DNA from: Neocallimastix sp. 'constans'
Taxonomy: Eukaryota
Assembly: GCA_050613775.1 (NCBI GenBank)
Contig: JBODTK010000016.1
Coordinates: 1,364,001 to 1,428,000, forward strand
Reading direction: 5' to 3'
Length of the DNA: 64,000 nt
Shown: piece by piece, positions 1 to 13,130 of the stretch
How the letters are laid out: the number at the start of each line of letters is the position of its first letter
How positions within the stretch are numbered: position 1 is the first letter of the stretch
Position numbers and translations under genes: made by a program
The notes under the pieces: generated by a model
The model's input: only the letters and a program-made list of their open reading frames with translations
Told to the model about the DNA's origin: nothing
The model's database searches: none

Positions 1-1243
1 TTACAATTATTTTTTTTATTAACCATTTTATAAAATATTAATATATAGTATTAGTATATATTTTATAAAGTCATTGAAAACCAAAAATTCAATAAATGTT
101 TAATTATATTTTAAATTAAAATTTTTACTATTAAATAATTAAAAAGCTATTATAAAAAATTTTTAATTAAATTTTTAATTTTAATTAAACTATTTCAACC
201 AATAACTTTAAGTTATATATTAATTAAATTTTAAGAAAAAAAAAAAAAGATAGTATATGTAACAGTTTTATAAATTATTTTTTTTTAAGGTTATATTTTT
301 ATTTTATATTATTCAATAAGTTTTTTTATGTATCATATATATCCAAAGGCCATTTATTTATTAAAATTAAGAAATAAAGATAATAATATGATTTTGTAAT
401 ACTAATAATTTTAACATTAAATTATATGTAAATATTAACAAGTAAATTCATCAAGTTTATATTTGATTTATCAAACATGAAATGTTTATTCAAAACAATG
501 AAAAAAAATTTTTTTTTTAAATTAGAGTTTAAAACAATATTCAAGATCTTAAATTTACCTTTATATATACATATATATTCTTTTACTATTCTTTAATTTT
601 ATTTTTTAAATTTTCATTAAATAATTAAATAATAAATTTTGATAATACTTATAAGTTCTTATTATTATTATTATTAAATTTACTCCATTATTTCATTATT
701 ATAATAATAAAGTATTGTTGAAAATATAAAATAATAATAACATTTTAAATTTTTAAAATTATTATCATTACTTTAATTATAATTAGATGTATGTTATAAT
801 TTTATTATTTCGAAAAAATATTTTTAAATTAATGCATCCTCGGTGATTTAAAATATTAATACATGATCTTTTTTTTATTATTATTATTATTATTATTTCT
901 TTGACTATGTATCAATTTAATTTTTTATTCTAATATATATATATTATCACTTCAATATATAATTTTAAAAAAATATATAAACTCAATATTTATATTTTTC
1001 TTTATATTCTCTTTCTATATATTCTCTTATTCTTTCAATTCACCATAAATATATTAGAAATTATTTATTTAGAATAAAAAAAAATATTAACAATATATTT
1101 ATATACTAAAGTATGTAAATTTATATTATTAATATTAGATATTGCTTATTTTAATAATAATAATAATAATAATAATAATAGTAATAGTAATAGTAATAAT
1201 AATAATAGTAATAGTAATAATAATAATAATAATAGTACTAATA

Positions 1244-1274
<31 letters not shown>

Positions 1275-2174
1275 GATTATTTTAAAAATCTTTATAACAT
1301 TAATCAAAATTTCAAATATTTAATAAATATTTAATATTATATTTTATTTAATTGGCTTATTTAACTGATAAAATGTCTAGATTAATTTGAAATTATAGAA
1401 CTTCATATTATAAAATAATTAATTGGTAATAAATATTATATAATGTCAAAATAATTTTAGGAAAACATTTTATATAAAAATAAAATAAAATTATATAAAG
1501 AATTAAAATTGAATTTGATTTATTATATTTATATATACATATATATATATATATTTCTTTTTTCATCAATGATATAGACAAAATTAAATTATTTATTCAT
1601 TATTATTTGTTAACTTTAAATGTGAAATTTTATTCATAATTAAATTATTTGTTAATATTATTAATAATAATCTCTTATTCTTTATTATTAAATATTACAT
1701 ATTAATAAAATATAAAATTTTAAATATTAATAAAACGTTTCATATATAAAGAATTTTAATAAGATTTTTTGTTCAATAAATCTCATTAATTATTAAATAT
1801 TAATTTTGAGTTAAGATTTGCTCAAACTTAACGCTAATCAAACTAAATCCTTGACAATAATAATATTTTTTTCTAATAAATAAATTAAAGGAAAAAAAAA
1901 CCCTTATTTAATCTTTCGAAGTAATTGAGTTATTCTATTGAGAAAATTAAATTTTAAATAATATTAAAAATTGTTTATTGAAATTAATAAATAAATAAAA
2001 AAGACAAATAAGAATAAAAATGTAAAAGAATTTAAAGTTTATAATAAAGGCTTAAATATATATATATATATCATTGAATAATCATAATAATTATAATAAT
2101 ATATAATTTATATTTAAATTATATAAAGTATTTATTATATAATTTTAAAAAAGATTTTTATATTAATAAATAAA

Positions 2175-2222
<48 letters not shown>

Positions 2223-2569
2223 AGAAGAGAATCAATAATAAAAGATAAAAAAATAAAAAAAAAGTTAAAAAAAGTTAAAAAAATATATAAGTATTTTTTA
2301 TTTTAATCGATATAATTATTTATAATTTAAAAAACAATATATAATAACATTTTATAATCACAGCAATAAAAAATATTAAATATATTCAAAGAAAATATCA
2401 ATAAATTAAATTTTAATGAAGTAATTAGCACAATTGAAATAGATAATAGTCTATTCAAAATTATAACTAATAAAAAAAATATACAAAATATAAATAATAT
2501 GAATATGAAATCATTTGAAAATAATCTTATAGAAATTCCTAATGATACATAAAAAATTCTTATTTTAAT

Positions 2570-3611
2570 ATAACTGATTCCTCGACTATAATATCTATAA
2601 TATTAATAATTTAAAAAATCAAATTTAAAAATATAACAGTCACAATAAAGTCATGTGAAGATTGTAATTCATCAAAAAATTGCAAAACTACCCAACAAAA
2701 GAAGTAAGTTCAGGTCTGAGAAACAAGGAGATTTAATGTATAGTGATAAAGGATTGGAAAGTGCTAATGGAGAAAACTATTTAGTAATTTTTGTGGAAAC
2801 CTTCCCAAGGAAAATATCGATATACAATGTAAAAAGAAAAAAAAAAGGAATTAGGGATGTTGCTACTAACTTTCTTAATTATTTGAAAAGCACATCTTGA
2901 CCTTAATATCAAATACTTTAAACCAGACAAAGCCTCTGAATAAAGTAAACCAACCCTCAATAAATTATATGATATTCATGATACTATTCATTTAACTACT
3001 GCCCATCAAAAATTCTTAAGAATTAGGAAAATCTGAAAGAAATAGCAGAATTTCAAAAAATTGTATGAATGCAATTCTAAAATACTCAAATTTAAATATA
3101 AAATATTGACCATATACTATTAAAACTGTAGTCAACATTAAAAATAATGTACCTCATAAAGGAATAAATAATAAACTTCTTAATATGGAATGGTATGGAC
3201 CTAATAGTATAAAATATGAAAAAAAGTAAAAGCTTTTGGATTCCTAATAATCTATGATAGTTAAGTAAAATGTTAATAAATTAAATTAGTAAGAGCTGAA
3301 AAAATGCAAATGCTTATGTAATCCTAGATGTCCAAAATGGAAAAATATATTTAAAAAGAAATGTTGAATTTCATGAAACAATATTCATAAATCCAGAGAT
3401 ATAGATGAGCATAATATTGTTATAAATAAAAATTTAAGTTCTGAATAATATTGAATGTACCAAGACATTATTCTAGAAGATATATTAATTGAAAATGAAA
3501 AAATAAATAGAGATTATAACAAAGAAAATGAACATAATATAAGTAAAGATAAAAACGTGAATAAGAATATTAATAATAAAATAACATATGGAAATTATTC
3601 TAATTTTTTTG

Positions 3612-3650
<39 letters not shown>

Positions 3651-4400
3651 AAAAAAAAAAAGAGAACAAATCAAAGAACAAAAGTTTAATCTCAGCAGAT
3701 CGTAGTAACAAGCTTATTCTACTACTTACAATATCTGGTACAAAATTTAAGTCGTCTACAATGGATTTATTCTCATTAATATTTGAAGTTATCATTCAAG
3801 GACGAGAACAGGACATACTTCCACGCCTGAACCTTAATACTCTTACATGATTCCTGAGAACGCCAAAGAGAAATCTATTTTTAATCAAGTAAATATGATG
3901 AGGGTAAAAAAATATCTCGTTTTTTAGCATGGATTCTGATTTAGAAGCATTCAATCATAATACTACATATGGTATATTCGCAACACTAGCTTTTCAACTA
4001 ACCTGCAAATACCAATTATTCGAATCAACGGATAAAAATATTAATTTTAACAAAAATACAAAATAATTTTATTACTAACCTTAACTGAATATAAAAATTT
4101 ACCTAATTCAAATTTTTAATAAATCTTATAATAGTGTCCATGTCCAGAATTCAAGCCACACAAAGTATAATATAAATGATATAATTGAAAATTAAGAGAT
4201 TTTAACAATAATGAAATTGAAAAAGATAACCATATCGAAAGCGGTACTGAAGATGATGATGAAATCATAAACAATGATAAATACAAAACATTAAATGTTA
4301 GAAAAAGAAAATTAAAAATATCAACAGAAAATTATATTATTAAAAGAAAAATTGAAGACATTAATAATGCATTAAGTGATACATACAAAAAGAAAGAAAT
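2570..4400 (+). mobile_element. Decayed Ty1/copia LTR-retrotransposon pol relic (pre-integrase, integrase, linker), with many stops and frameshifts
   Basis: Manual translation gives copia-order remnants: CEDC (~2655), DLMYSD and GENYLVIFVETFPRK (integrase core), IKYFKPDKASE (degenerate SDNGGE region), KSERN, IKNNVPHKGI, KAFG, then an Asn/Glu-rich linker ending NALSDTYKKKE (~4370-4400). No LTR found. Ends approximate. Confidence 0.65.
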
Positions 4401-4774
4401 GAATGTGTTTCATTTCTGAAAGCTTCATTTCATAATGTAGCTTTTATATTTTATAATTTTGCACCAAAAATTTTTTAATATTGTTTAATATAATTATATA
4501 TATATAGATAAATAAAGTGCTATTATTAATAGAAAAAATATTTTAATTTTTTCTTAATCACTTTGTAACAAAAAAGACTGAATAATTAATATTAATTTAT
4601 AATAAATAATTAAATTCAAGTAATAAAAATATTTTCTTAAAAACTTTTTATAATTTAAAAAAAATGAGTTTTAAAAAGAATAAAGAATTAAATATATAAT
4701 TGACAAATAATTTAATTCATATAACAAATAATTAAATAAATATTTTATTTTTAAATTTAAAAAAAAAAATAAAA

Positions 4775-4816
<42 letters not shown>

Positions 4817-5599
4817 TCTTAAAAATACTTTATAAAAAAAAAAATTTTTTATAATACTAATTTATTCAGAATAATAAATAATTACATAAGCAATTAAATA
4901 TAAATAGTAAACAAGTAATATTTTACTTTTTAAACATTAAATAGTAAAATATATTCTTAAAAATACTTCAATCAAATAAATTGAATAATTAAAAAAAAAA
5001 AAAAAAAGAATAATACTAATTTATTCATAATAAATAATTAAATATATAATAAATAACTAAAAAACTTAATATTATTAAAATATAGCAAATAAAATTAACA
5101 TAGAATACATGTAACAATTATTATTTAGAAAGAGGATTCTTTATTAAAAAAATATTATTATTAAATAAAATATATATTATGAAATAGTATATATTCAAAA
5201 TTTAAATTAAAAGTTATTAATATAAAAATAAATTAAAAAAATTTTATTAAAAACTTAATGCTTAAAATTATGAGAAGAAAAAGTACTCAAGTAAAAGAAA
5301 TGTCCGAAATAAGTTCCAATTCCTCATCCCTACCTTTTATGAGTAAAAATGATTAAATAAATAAGGGTGATGACATGTTCATCAAAAGGAAATTTTATTA
5401 ACAAATTATGCCTATAAAGATTTTTTAATTAAATCCCTATTTAATTATAAAAATTTTAAATTAAATACTTTAAATTTTGAAGACTGATTTATTGAATTAA
5501 AACGTCATCTAATTATACAAGACTATAATGAATATATAGAAAAAGAATTTATCGATGATAACATGCCCAGAAAACAAATAAATATGATAACCCTGTCCA

Positions 5600-5707
5600 A
5601 ACAATGATTATTCATTATGGCATTCTCGTTTAGGACATTTCAACAATTATAATAATATCAAGGATTATAAGGATTATATTATTGAATAAATCGTTTCACA
5701 ACAACAA

Positions 5708-5752
<45 letters not shown>

Positions 5753-6450
5753 ATGATAATAATGTCCTGAATGTAAAATAAGTAAATTAAGAAGAAGAAA
5801 GCCATTTTTCTACTTCTGAATCTTTTACTACCCAACCTATAGAACTGATGTATACTAATGTTATTGGTAAACTTTAAACTTATTTTCAAGGTTACAAGTT
5901 AAAACTACTACCTTACTTTTCTTGATAACTTTTCAAGAAAATGCTGGATTTATCTATTAAAAAAAAATAAATCTGATGTTTATGATAAATTTATTAATTT
6001 TTATAAATTAACTTCCAACTTATATATACATAATATTTCTATTAAAACTTTTAAATATGATAATGAGGGGAGGGGTCGAATATATAAATAAAAATGTTTC
6101 TTCATCTTTTTGTCTTATTGAATAATCATAGAATTTGCTTTTATACACTCTATTTCTGGTTATCCCCCCTCCAAAAAAAAATGGTCTCGCTGAATGGTTA
6201 AATCAAACTATAAATAATTGTGCTAAAGCACTCTTAACTTCTGCCAAATTACTTCTTTTCTTTTGGAATTCTGCCGTTCAATGTACTGCTTTCTTATATA
6301 ACTCAAATCCACACTCTAGTATTAATTTCAAAATTCCTAATGAATTATTATTATTTTTTTTTTAATAAACCTGTTGATATTTCTCATTTTAAAGTATTTG
6401 GTTGTAAAGCATTTTTCTTTAATAATCATAACAGTAACAAATGAGAAAAG
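5600..6450 (+). mobile_element. Decayed Ty1/copia integrase region (second relic)
   Basis: LWHSRLGHF (~5615-5640) and KCPECKISK (~5760) give the pre-integrase HHCC motif; then IELMYTNVIG, YYLTFLDNFSRKCWIYLLK, IKTFKYDN, NGLAEWLNQTINNCAKALL, FWNSAVQCTAFLYN and HFKVFGCKAF. Interrupted by a poly(A) tract and frameshifts. Confidence 0.85.
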
Positions 6451-7985
6451 AACTATTTGTTCATCATTAATTATTTTATGTATAAAAAATTTTATTATGT
6501 ATTCCTCATAATATTTTATTACCAATATTTTCACATTTTATTAATTAAATTTTATATTTAAATTTTATAGTTAAATTTATTAATTAAAAAATTTACAAAG
6601 GCCACAAGAATGAAAATAAAAAACACAAAAGGCCACTTTTTAATTATAAAAATATTTTTATTAATTCTTATATCTAATATATATTTCCTTATTAATATTA
6701 AAATATATATATATATATATATACATTTATTTTATATAAAAATAAGAAAAAATCCTCTTTTAATATGAGAGTGAAATATATTTTTTATTTTGATTTTGAT
6801 AAAACAATATAAAAAGTGAACTGGTTATTATATAATTATTGGAATTAAATGATTATATAAATTTTTATTTTATATTAAATAAGGTAATAAATAAATTTTA
6901 ATACTTTTTATATTATTTGTACATATTGAACATTAAATAGTTCTAAAATAAATGATATTAATATAATAATAATAAATATTAATAAAATACTTTCAGATGA
7001 TAATTAAAATATTTACACTATTTTAATTGAATAAAAAAAAAAATGTAAATAAAAATTAATAAATTATTTATATTTAATCAATGGACATTTTTTATATTTT
7101 CTTTATTTCAATAAATAATATATGAAATATAAATTTTATTCCATCTTTTTATTTTTTTTAAATAAAAGTTTTTACCGTATTGCTAATTAAATAAAATGAC
7201 AAGAAAGAATATATATATTAAAAAAAAATATATATATAATATGAAATAAAATAAAATATATATTTAACAAATCTATTTAATAAAAATTATATATATATAT
7301 GATCATTAATAAATTATTTAATTTTTAAGGAATAATTACTAAAATTATATAAACAATGGACATTTTCTATATTTCCTTTTTTCTGTAAATTTTTTTAATA
7401 TTTATATAATATAAATTTATTTTATGATAGGTTTATTTCATCTCTATATTATTTTTAAATAATAAAAAGAAATAAAAATTAAGAAATAATAATAATAATA
7501 TGTAAATAAATATACTTTATCATAATTAAATAAAATGACAAGAAATAATAAAAAAAATAATATAATTTATTAAGTATATTTATTAAAATTTTCCCAAAAA
7601 ATTAAATAATTTATTAATGACGAATAAAAAATTTATTAAAGTATAAACAATAGACATTTTTACATTTATTTTTATTATTTTTATTTATTATTTTTTATTT
7701 ATTATTTATTATTTATTATTTATTATTTATTATTTATTATTTATTATTTATTATATTCATTTAGAAATAAATGTTATTTTTAATTATATAAAAAAATAAT
7801 AAAAAATAACTATACTTAAAAATTTATACGATAATACAGGATACAATTATTTAAATATTTAACGTCATTCTTTTTTATTCATTTAATAATGTATATATTA
7901 AATAATTAATGGATTTTTATATAAAAAGTACTTTAATATCATAAAATATAACATACCTTCATGTGAGATATAATTTATGATTCTA

Positions 7986-8022
<37 letters not shown>

Positions 8023-8362
8023 AGTTGGTAGACTATAAATTAAAAAATAAAAAATAATAAGATTATTTAATAATTATTTTACCAATTTATGATTTTTCTT
8101 TTTTTATCAAAAGTTGTTCTGAAAATTATTTTCATATAATATCTTTTTCAATTATCCTTAAATGAATTATAACTATTTTTTGTTTATTCTTGTTAAGAAT
8201 ACAAAATGGAAAATATACTTTCAATAATATTTTAAATCATATATATATAATTTAATGTTCTTTATAAAGTTTATATAAAATAAATACATTAATATAATTG
8301 TTCTTTCTTCATTTTTTTTTTTATAGCTTTAAAATATTTTTTTAAAAAAAAAAAAAAAATAA

Positions 8363-8393
<31 letters not shown>

Positions 8394-8995
8394 GATATAC
8401 TAAATTATTATTATTTTAATATTAGATATTTAAATATTTTTATTTTTATTTTTTATATAGTTAAATACATTATATATATATATTATTTATTTATATTTTA
8501 TACATAAATAATGTAAATGATTAAATGTGTATAAGATTTTTACAATGTTAAGTAAAATGAATTAGATAAAACAAATATTATAAAATTAATGATAAAATAG
8601 TTAAAAATAAAATATGATTATTTTTATTATTTTAAACTAATGTAATAAATTTTTTTATATATTTTACATTTATTTTTAATTATAATAAAAATAAATATGT
8701 TTCTTTTTATAAAAAAATTTTTAAAATATTAAAAAAAAATAAAAAAATAAAACATAATAAAGTCAAAATTTATATTCAAAATTCTATAATTTAATTTTGT
8801 ACATTATAAAAAATCTATGTTTTTTTTTTTTTTTTTTTTAAAAGATAATTCTTATATGTGCTTTTAACTTATAATTATTTATATAATTATATCTGATCTT
8901 AAAAAAAAAATATTATGAATTTAAAAAAAAAAGATCAAATTCTAATATTTTTTTTTAATTATTATTATTTTTATTTTTTTAAAAAAAATAAAAAA

Positions 8996-11110
8996 TTAAT
9001 TTGCCTTTACTTCATTTCCAATTTCATTAGTTTTCGTGGTATTAACATTACTTTTTTTATTTCTCATAACTCTTGTTTTATTTATATCATCAATAGTAAT
9101 TGTAGTAGTATTTACTTCATCATCATCACAAATTTTACTATTTGAAAGTTTGGCATTACGTAATATAAGTGCTCTATTCTTTTTATGTCTCTTTTCACAT
9201 ACCTTCATATGTCTTCTTAAATTACTAAGAACGGAGAAACGACGACCACATCCTTCCAATGTACACTTGAATGGGTGTTGACCAGTATGAGAGTACATAT
9301 GAGTTTTTAATGAACTTGGTCTTGAGAAACGTTTACCACATTCACTACACTTATAACGTTTAACCTTGGCTGGGGGTGTATTTACGGATATTACATTGTC
9401 TTGTCTAACCGAATATGGCACAGTATATTGACCATTATAATTAACTGGTAAATTTACATTGCCAACTTGAACTTGTTGTACTTGAATTTCTTGGCCATTA
9501 AAATAAATAGGTTGATTAGCAACTTGATATGTATTAACAGAATTTTGAGCTTGTTGATTATAATTTACATTTTGTACATAAGATACATTACTTTGTGGTG
9601 AGGATATGTATTGAACATTTTCATTTTGTTGAGATATGTAGTTTTGTGGTTGTATATGGTATTGTTGATTAACAACCGGAGATAATACATTATTATAGGA
9701 AATATAAGTACTATACGATATATTACCATTGGTTTGAGAATTATTAATAATATTAATACCAGTATTACTATTATCCGTAGCAGCAACAACAAAGTTATTT
9801 TCTGGTGATTGATATGGAATGTTATTAATTGGTGCTTGAGTTTGATTTATACAAGTGACAGCTTGAGTAACATAATTATTAACTTGCGTTATTTGAGTTT
9901 GCCCTTGATTTTGACCTTGAATGTAATAAATTTGATTTGGTTTTTTATCTATTTCCTTAGATACTGGACTAATAGTATTATTATTCAAAATAGAATTACT
10001 ATTATTATTTTTTGGATTTGGAGATGGCAATTCATTGTTATTTGACGAATTTTCGGTTTGATTACTTGAATCATTACTTAAACTTTTTGGTGAAAGCATT
10101 CCATTACTAGTTGCTGTGTTAATACTGTTGCCATTGTTACTATATGGTGTAACATTATATGATGAGACATCACTACTTCCAATTGGAGATACAGTATTAC
10201 AATTGGTTTCCTTCTTATAGTTCATAACATTACCAACGACTTGACAGACTGAAGAACCATTTTTTTCTTGAGCTAAATTATTCGATGGATAATTATTCAT
10301 TATTCTATTGTTTGGGGTAGAGTTATAAACAATTTCCTTAATTGGTGAAGAGTTTGGAGTTTGAAGTGGGGTATAAATACATGTATTTTTTCTGTTTGTA
10401 TTAGAAGTTTCGTTAATTCCTGGAGAATTAGTTATGATAGTACTGTTTGAGAAATTTATTGTTTGTTGTGGTTGCTTTTGGAATAATGGTAATACTTCAT
10501 TACTTCCAACCGTACCTTCAGAACTCTTATTATTGTCTGATTTATTCAATGTTACTGAAGTCATAGATTGTTGTGACGGTGTAGATAATACATTTTGTCC
10601 TGTTCCTTCCGTTATAGCATTAGTAGTAGCCAAGTTATTAGATTGATTAATTTGTTCAGAATAAGTTACATTTTGTGTATTTATAATAATTTGAGATTGA
10701 GGTTGCTGATAAGACATATTGGACTGATTAACAATTATTGGAGATTGAACAAAGTTTTGACTATTATATACCTGTTGTACTGTTTGAGTTGTAGTAGCCA
10801 AATTATATACTTGTCCTTGTGGATTAGAAGTCATGATATTAATGTTGTCATATGAATTTTGCATTTTCATAAATCCATTATCTGAAGCAGAGATAATTTG
10901 ATTATTCACTGGTGAATTTTGATATGAGTTGTTAGATATTTGTTGAGCCTGTGGTATACTATAGGATTGATAAGTTGTATTATATTCATTGGATACTATT
11001 ACTTGTTGAGAAGAGGAATTATTTGAATATGATGGTTGAATTACGTATTGAGATGTATTACTATTATTATTGTATGAAATATAACTTTGTTGAACGTTTG
11101 AAATAGACAT
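8996..11110 (-). CDS. C2H2 zinc-finger transcription factor, FlbC/MtfA-like, with long N/Q/S-rich low-complexity N-terminal region (704 aa, single exon)
   Basis: Open ORF with two C-terminal fingers YKCSECGKRFSRPSSLKTHMYSH - TGQHPF - KCTLEGCGRRFSVLSNLRRHMKVC. The RPSSLxTHMYSH and FSVxSNLRRH helices match my recollection of fungal FlbC/MtfA fingers. Confidence 0.9.
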   Translation of the reverse strand: MSISNVQQSYISYNNNSNTSQYVIQPSYSNNSSSQQVIVSNEYNTTYQSYSIPQAQQISNNSYQNSPVNNQIISASDNGFMKMQNSYDNINIMTSNPQGQVYNLATTTQTVQQVYNSQNFVQSPIIVNQSNMSYQQPQSQIIINTQNVTYSEQINQSNNLATTNAITEGTGQNVLSTPSQQSMTSVTLNKSDNNKSSEGTVGSNEVLPLFQKQPQQTINFSNSTIITNSPGINETSNTNRKNTCIYTPLQTPNSSPIKEIVYNSTPNNRIMNNYPSNNLAQEKNGSSVCQVVGNVMNYKKETNCNTVSPIGSSDVSSYNVTPYSNNGNSINTATSNGMLSPKSLSNDSSNQTENSSNNNELPSPNPKNNNSNSILNNNTISPVSKEIDKKPNQIYYIQGQNQGQTQITQVNNYVTQAVTCINQTQAPINNIPYQSPENNFVVAATDNSNTGINIINNSQTNGNISYSTYISYNNVLSPVVNQQYHIQPQNYISQQNENVQYISSPQSNVSYVQNVNYNQQAQNSVNTYQVANQPIYFNGQEIQVQQVQVGNVNLPVNYNGQYTVPYSVRQDNVISVNTPPAKVKRYKCSECGKRFSRPSSLKTHMYSHTGQHPFKCTLEGCGRRFSVLSNLRRHMKVCEKRHKKNRALILRNAKLSNSKICDDDEVNTTTITIDDINKTRVMRNKKSNVNTTKTNEIGNEVKAN

Positions 11111-11574
11111 TGTAATATTATTTATTGTTGTTTATCTTTGAAAGAATGATTTTTGACTAATTTAAGTTATTTCTATTTAAATTTTTTCAAAAAAAAAAAA
11201 GTATTTTAAAATTTTCCAAAAAAAAAATTGTTTAACAGCTATTAATATTTGGTTTTCTATTTTTACTTCTTTTGTTTCGATTCTTTATGAGATTTAACTT
11301 TATTTTTTCTTTTTTTTAAAAGTTTCTTATTTAATATTTATCCTAATACTTTTTTTCTTTTATCTACATATACCTTTTTGTTTTATATATATATATATAT
11401 AATAAATATTATAAATATATTTTATATTTTTATTTAATATAATTTTAAATCTTTTAAAATAAAATAAAAATATTAAGTATAATTAAGTGTATTTTATATA
11501 TTACTTTATATATTATATATCAAAAAAAGTTTCTTTATATATATTTAATTAATTACATACAGTTTTTGACAAAG

Positions 11575-11610
<36 letters not shown>

Positions 11611-12957
11611 CTTTATATATATATTATAAAACACATTGTTTAATAAAAAAAAATAAAAAAAATAAAAAAATATATATAAAAAAAAATTTTTTTATATATA
11701 TTGTCTTACAATATTTTAATTATTAAAATAAGTTTATTACTAAAGAACTATTCTATTACTTTCTTTTATTTCTTGAAAATTATTTTCTAATTTTTTTACT
11801 TTCTATTAACTATTTCAATTATAAGGAAAATAAATTTTAAAATAATAAATTAAATATGTTATAAATAAAAAAAAAAAAAATTCACTTTTTTTGACCTTTA
11901 TATATTATTTTGAAAATAAACTAATTTTTAAATTGTAAAAAGAAAATAAAAATAAACAAAATAAAGTTATAATTAATTTTAATATATTATGATTACATGT
12001 TAAATATATAATATTTAATAAATAATATATAGTATAGTAATCATATAATTAATTATTCAATAGTATATATTCATATACAGTTTATGTTGACAATATATTA
12101 TAATATATGTATTAACCTTTATATTAATTTATTACATTAAAATGGATAATATGTTTAATTATCTTTCCTATATTTCAATTAAGTATAATAATACCTATTG
12201 TAAAGATAAATTTAATATACGTTATGTATATTATAATATATTGAAAATGCATATATGTTTTTATTATTTTAAGCTTTGTTTCTATATTATTTTTATATTA
12301 TAATGTATTTTAATATATTAATCAATACTAATAAAAACATTAATTTAATTTACATTAAAATTAATTATTTTATTTTTTTTTTTTTTTTAATTTTTTATTT
12401 TATTTTTAATTTTTTTCAAATTAATTCCTTAATAACACAATTAAAATAAAATATAAATGAAATATACCCCTATCATTTTTAAAAAATTAAAGAATCTATT
12501 TTTATATACTAAACTATTCTAATATACTATTTATCCTGAACTTTAATAAATACGATTACACATTACACTAACTCTATTAATATTATTAATTTTTATGACC
12601 CAATTAATGTATAAATAAAAAGTTAAGGGTTAATTAAAATTATAATAAAATTATAATAATAATTGGTATTATTTTAGTATATATATATTTTTTTTTCAAT
12701 AATTAACATAATTGTTATTGGGTTTATTATTTATGAAAGTTTATATATAATTATCTTTACAAAATATGTATATTAATTTATTAATATATATTAAAGAACA
12801 TATGAATTTTAATATAATTTATGTATTATTTTTTTTAATATATATTATATTAAATGATTAGATAGTATTAAATATATATATATATAAATAACTAGTTATA
12901 ACTAATATGCTTAAATATTTATTAATGAATGATGATTATTTTTAAAATAATCATCAT

Positions 12958-12958
<1 letters not shown>

Positions 12959-13047
<89 letters not shown>

Positions 13048-13064
13048 GTACTAGTATTAGTATT

Positions 13065-13128
<64 letters not shown>
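12959..13128. repeat. (TTA)n microsatellite with a short (TTAGTA) interruption
   Basis: Directly visible trinucleotide run; it accounts for the spurious poly-I and poly-N ORFs in the ORF track. Confidence 0.95.

Positions 13129-13130
<2 letters not shown>

Noticed and set aside
4810..5040. Short local duplications, also at ~44600-44720
   Set aside because: Ordinary AT-rich slippage duplications with no further structure.
6070..6080. gaggggtcgaa matches the start of the hairpin arm at 55601
   Set aside because: Only 11 nt, lying in the decayed integrase DNGGE region; most likely coincidence.
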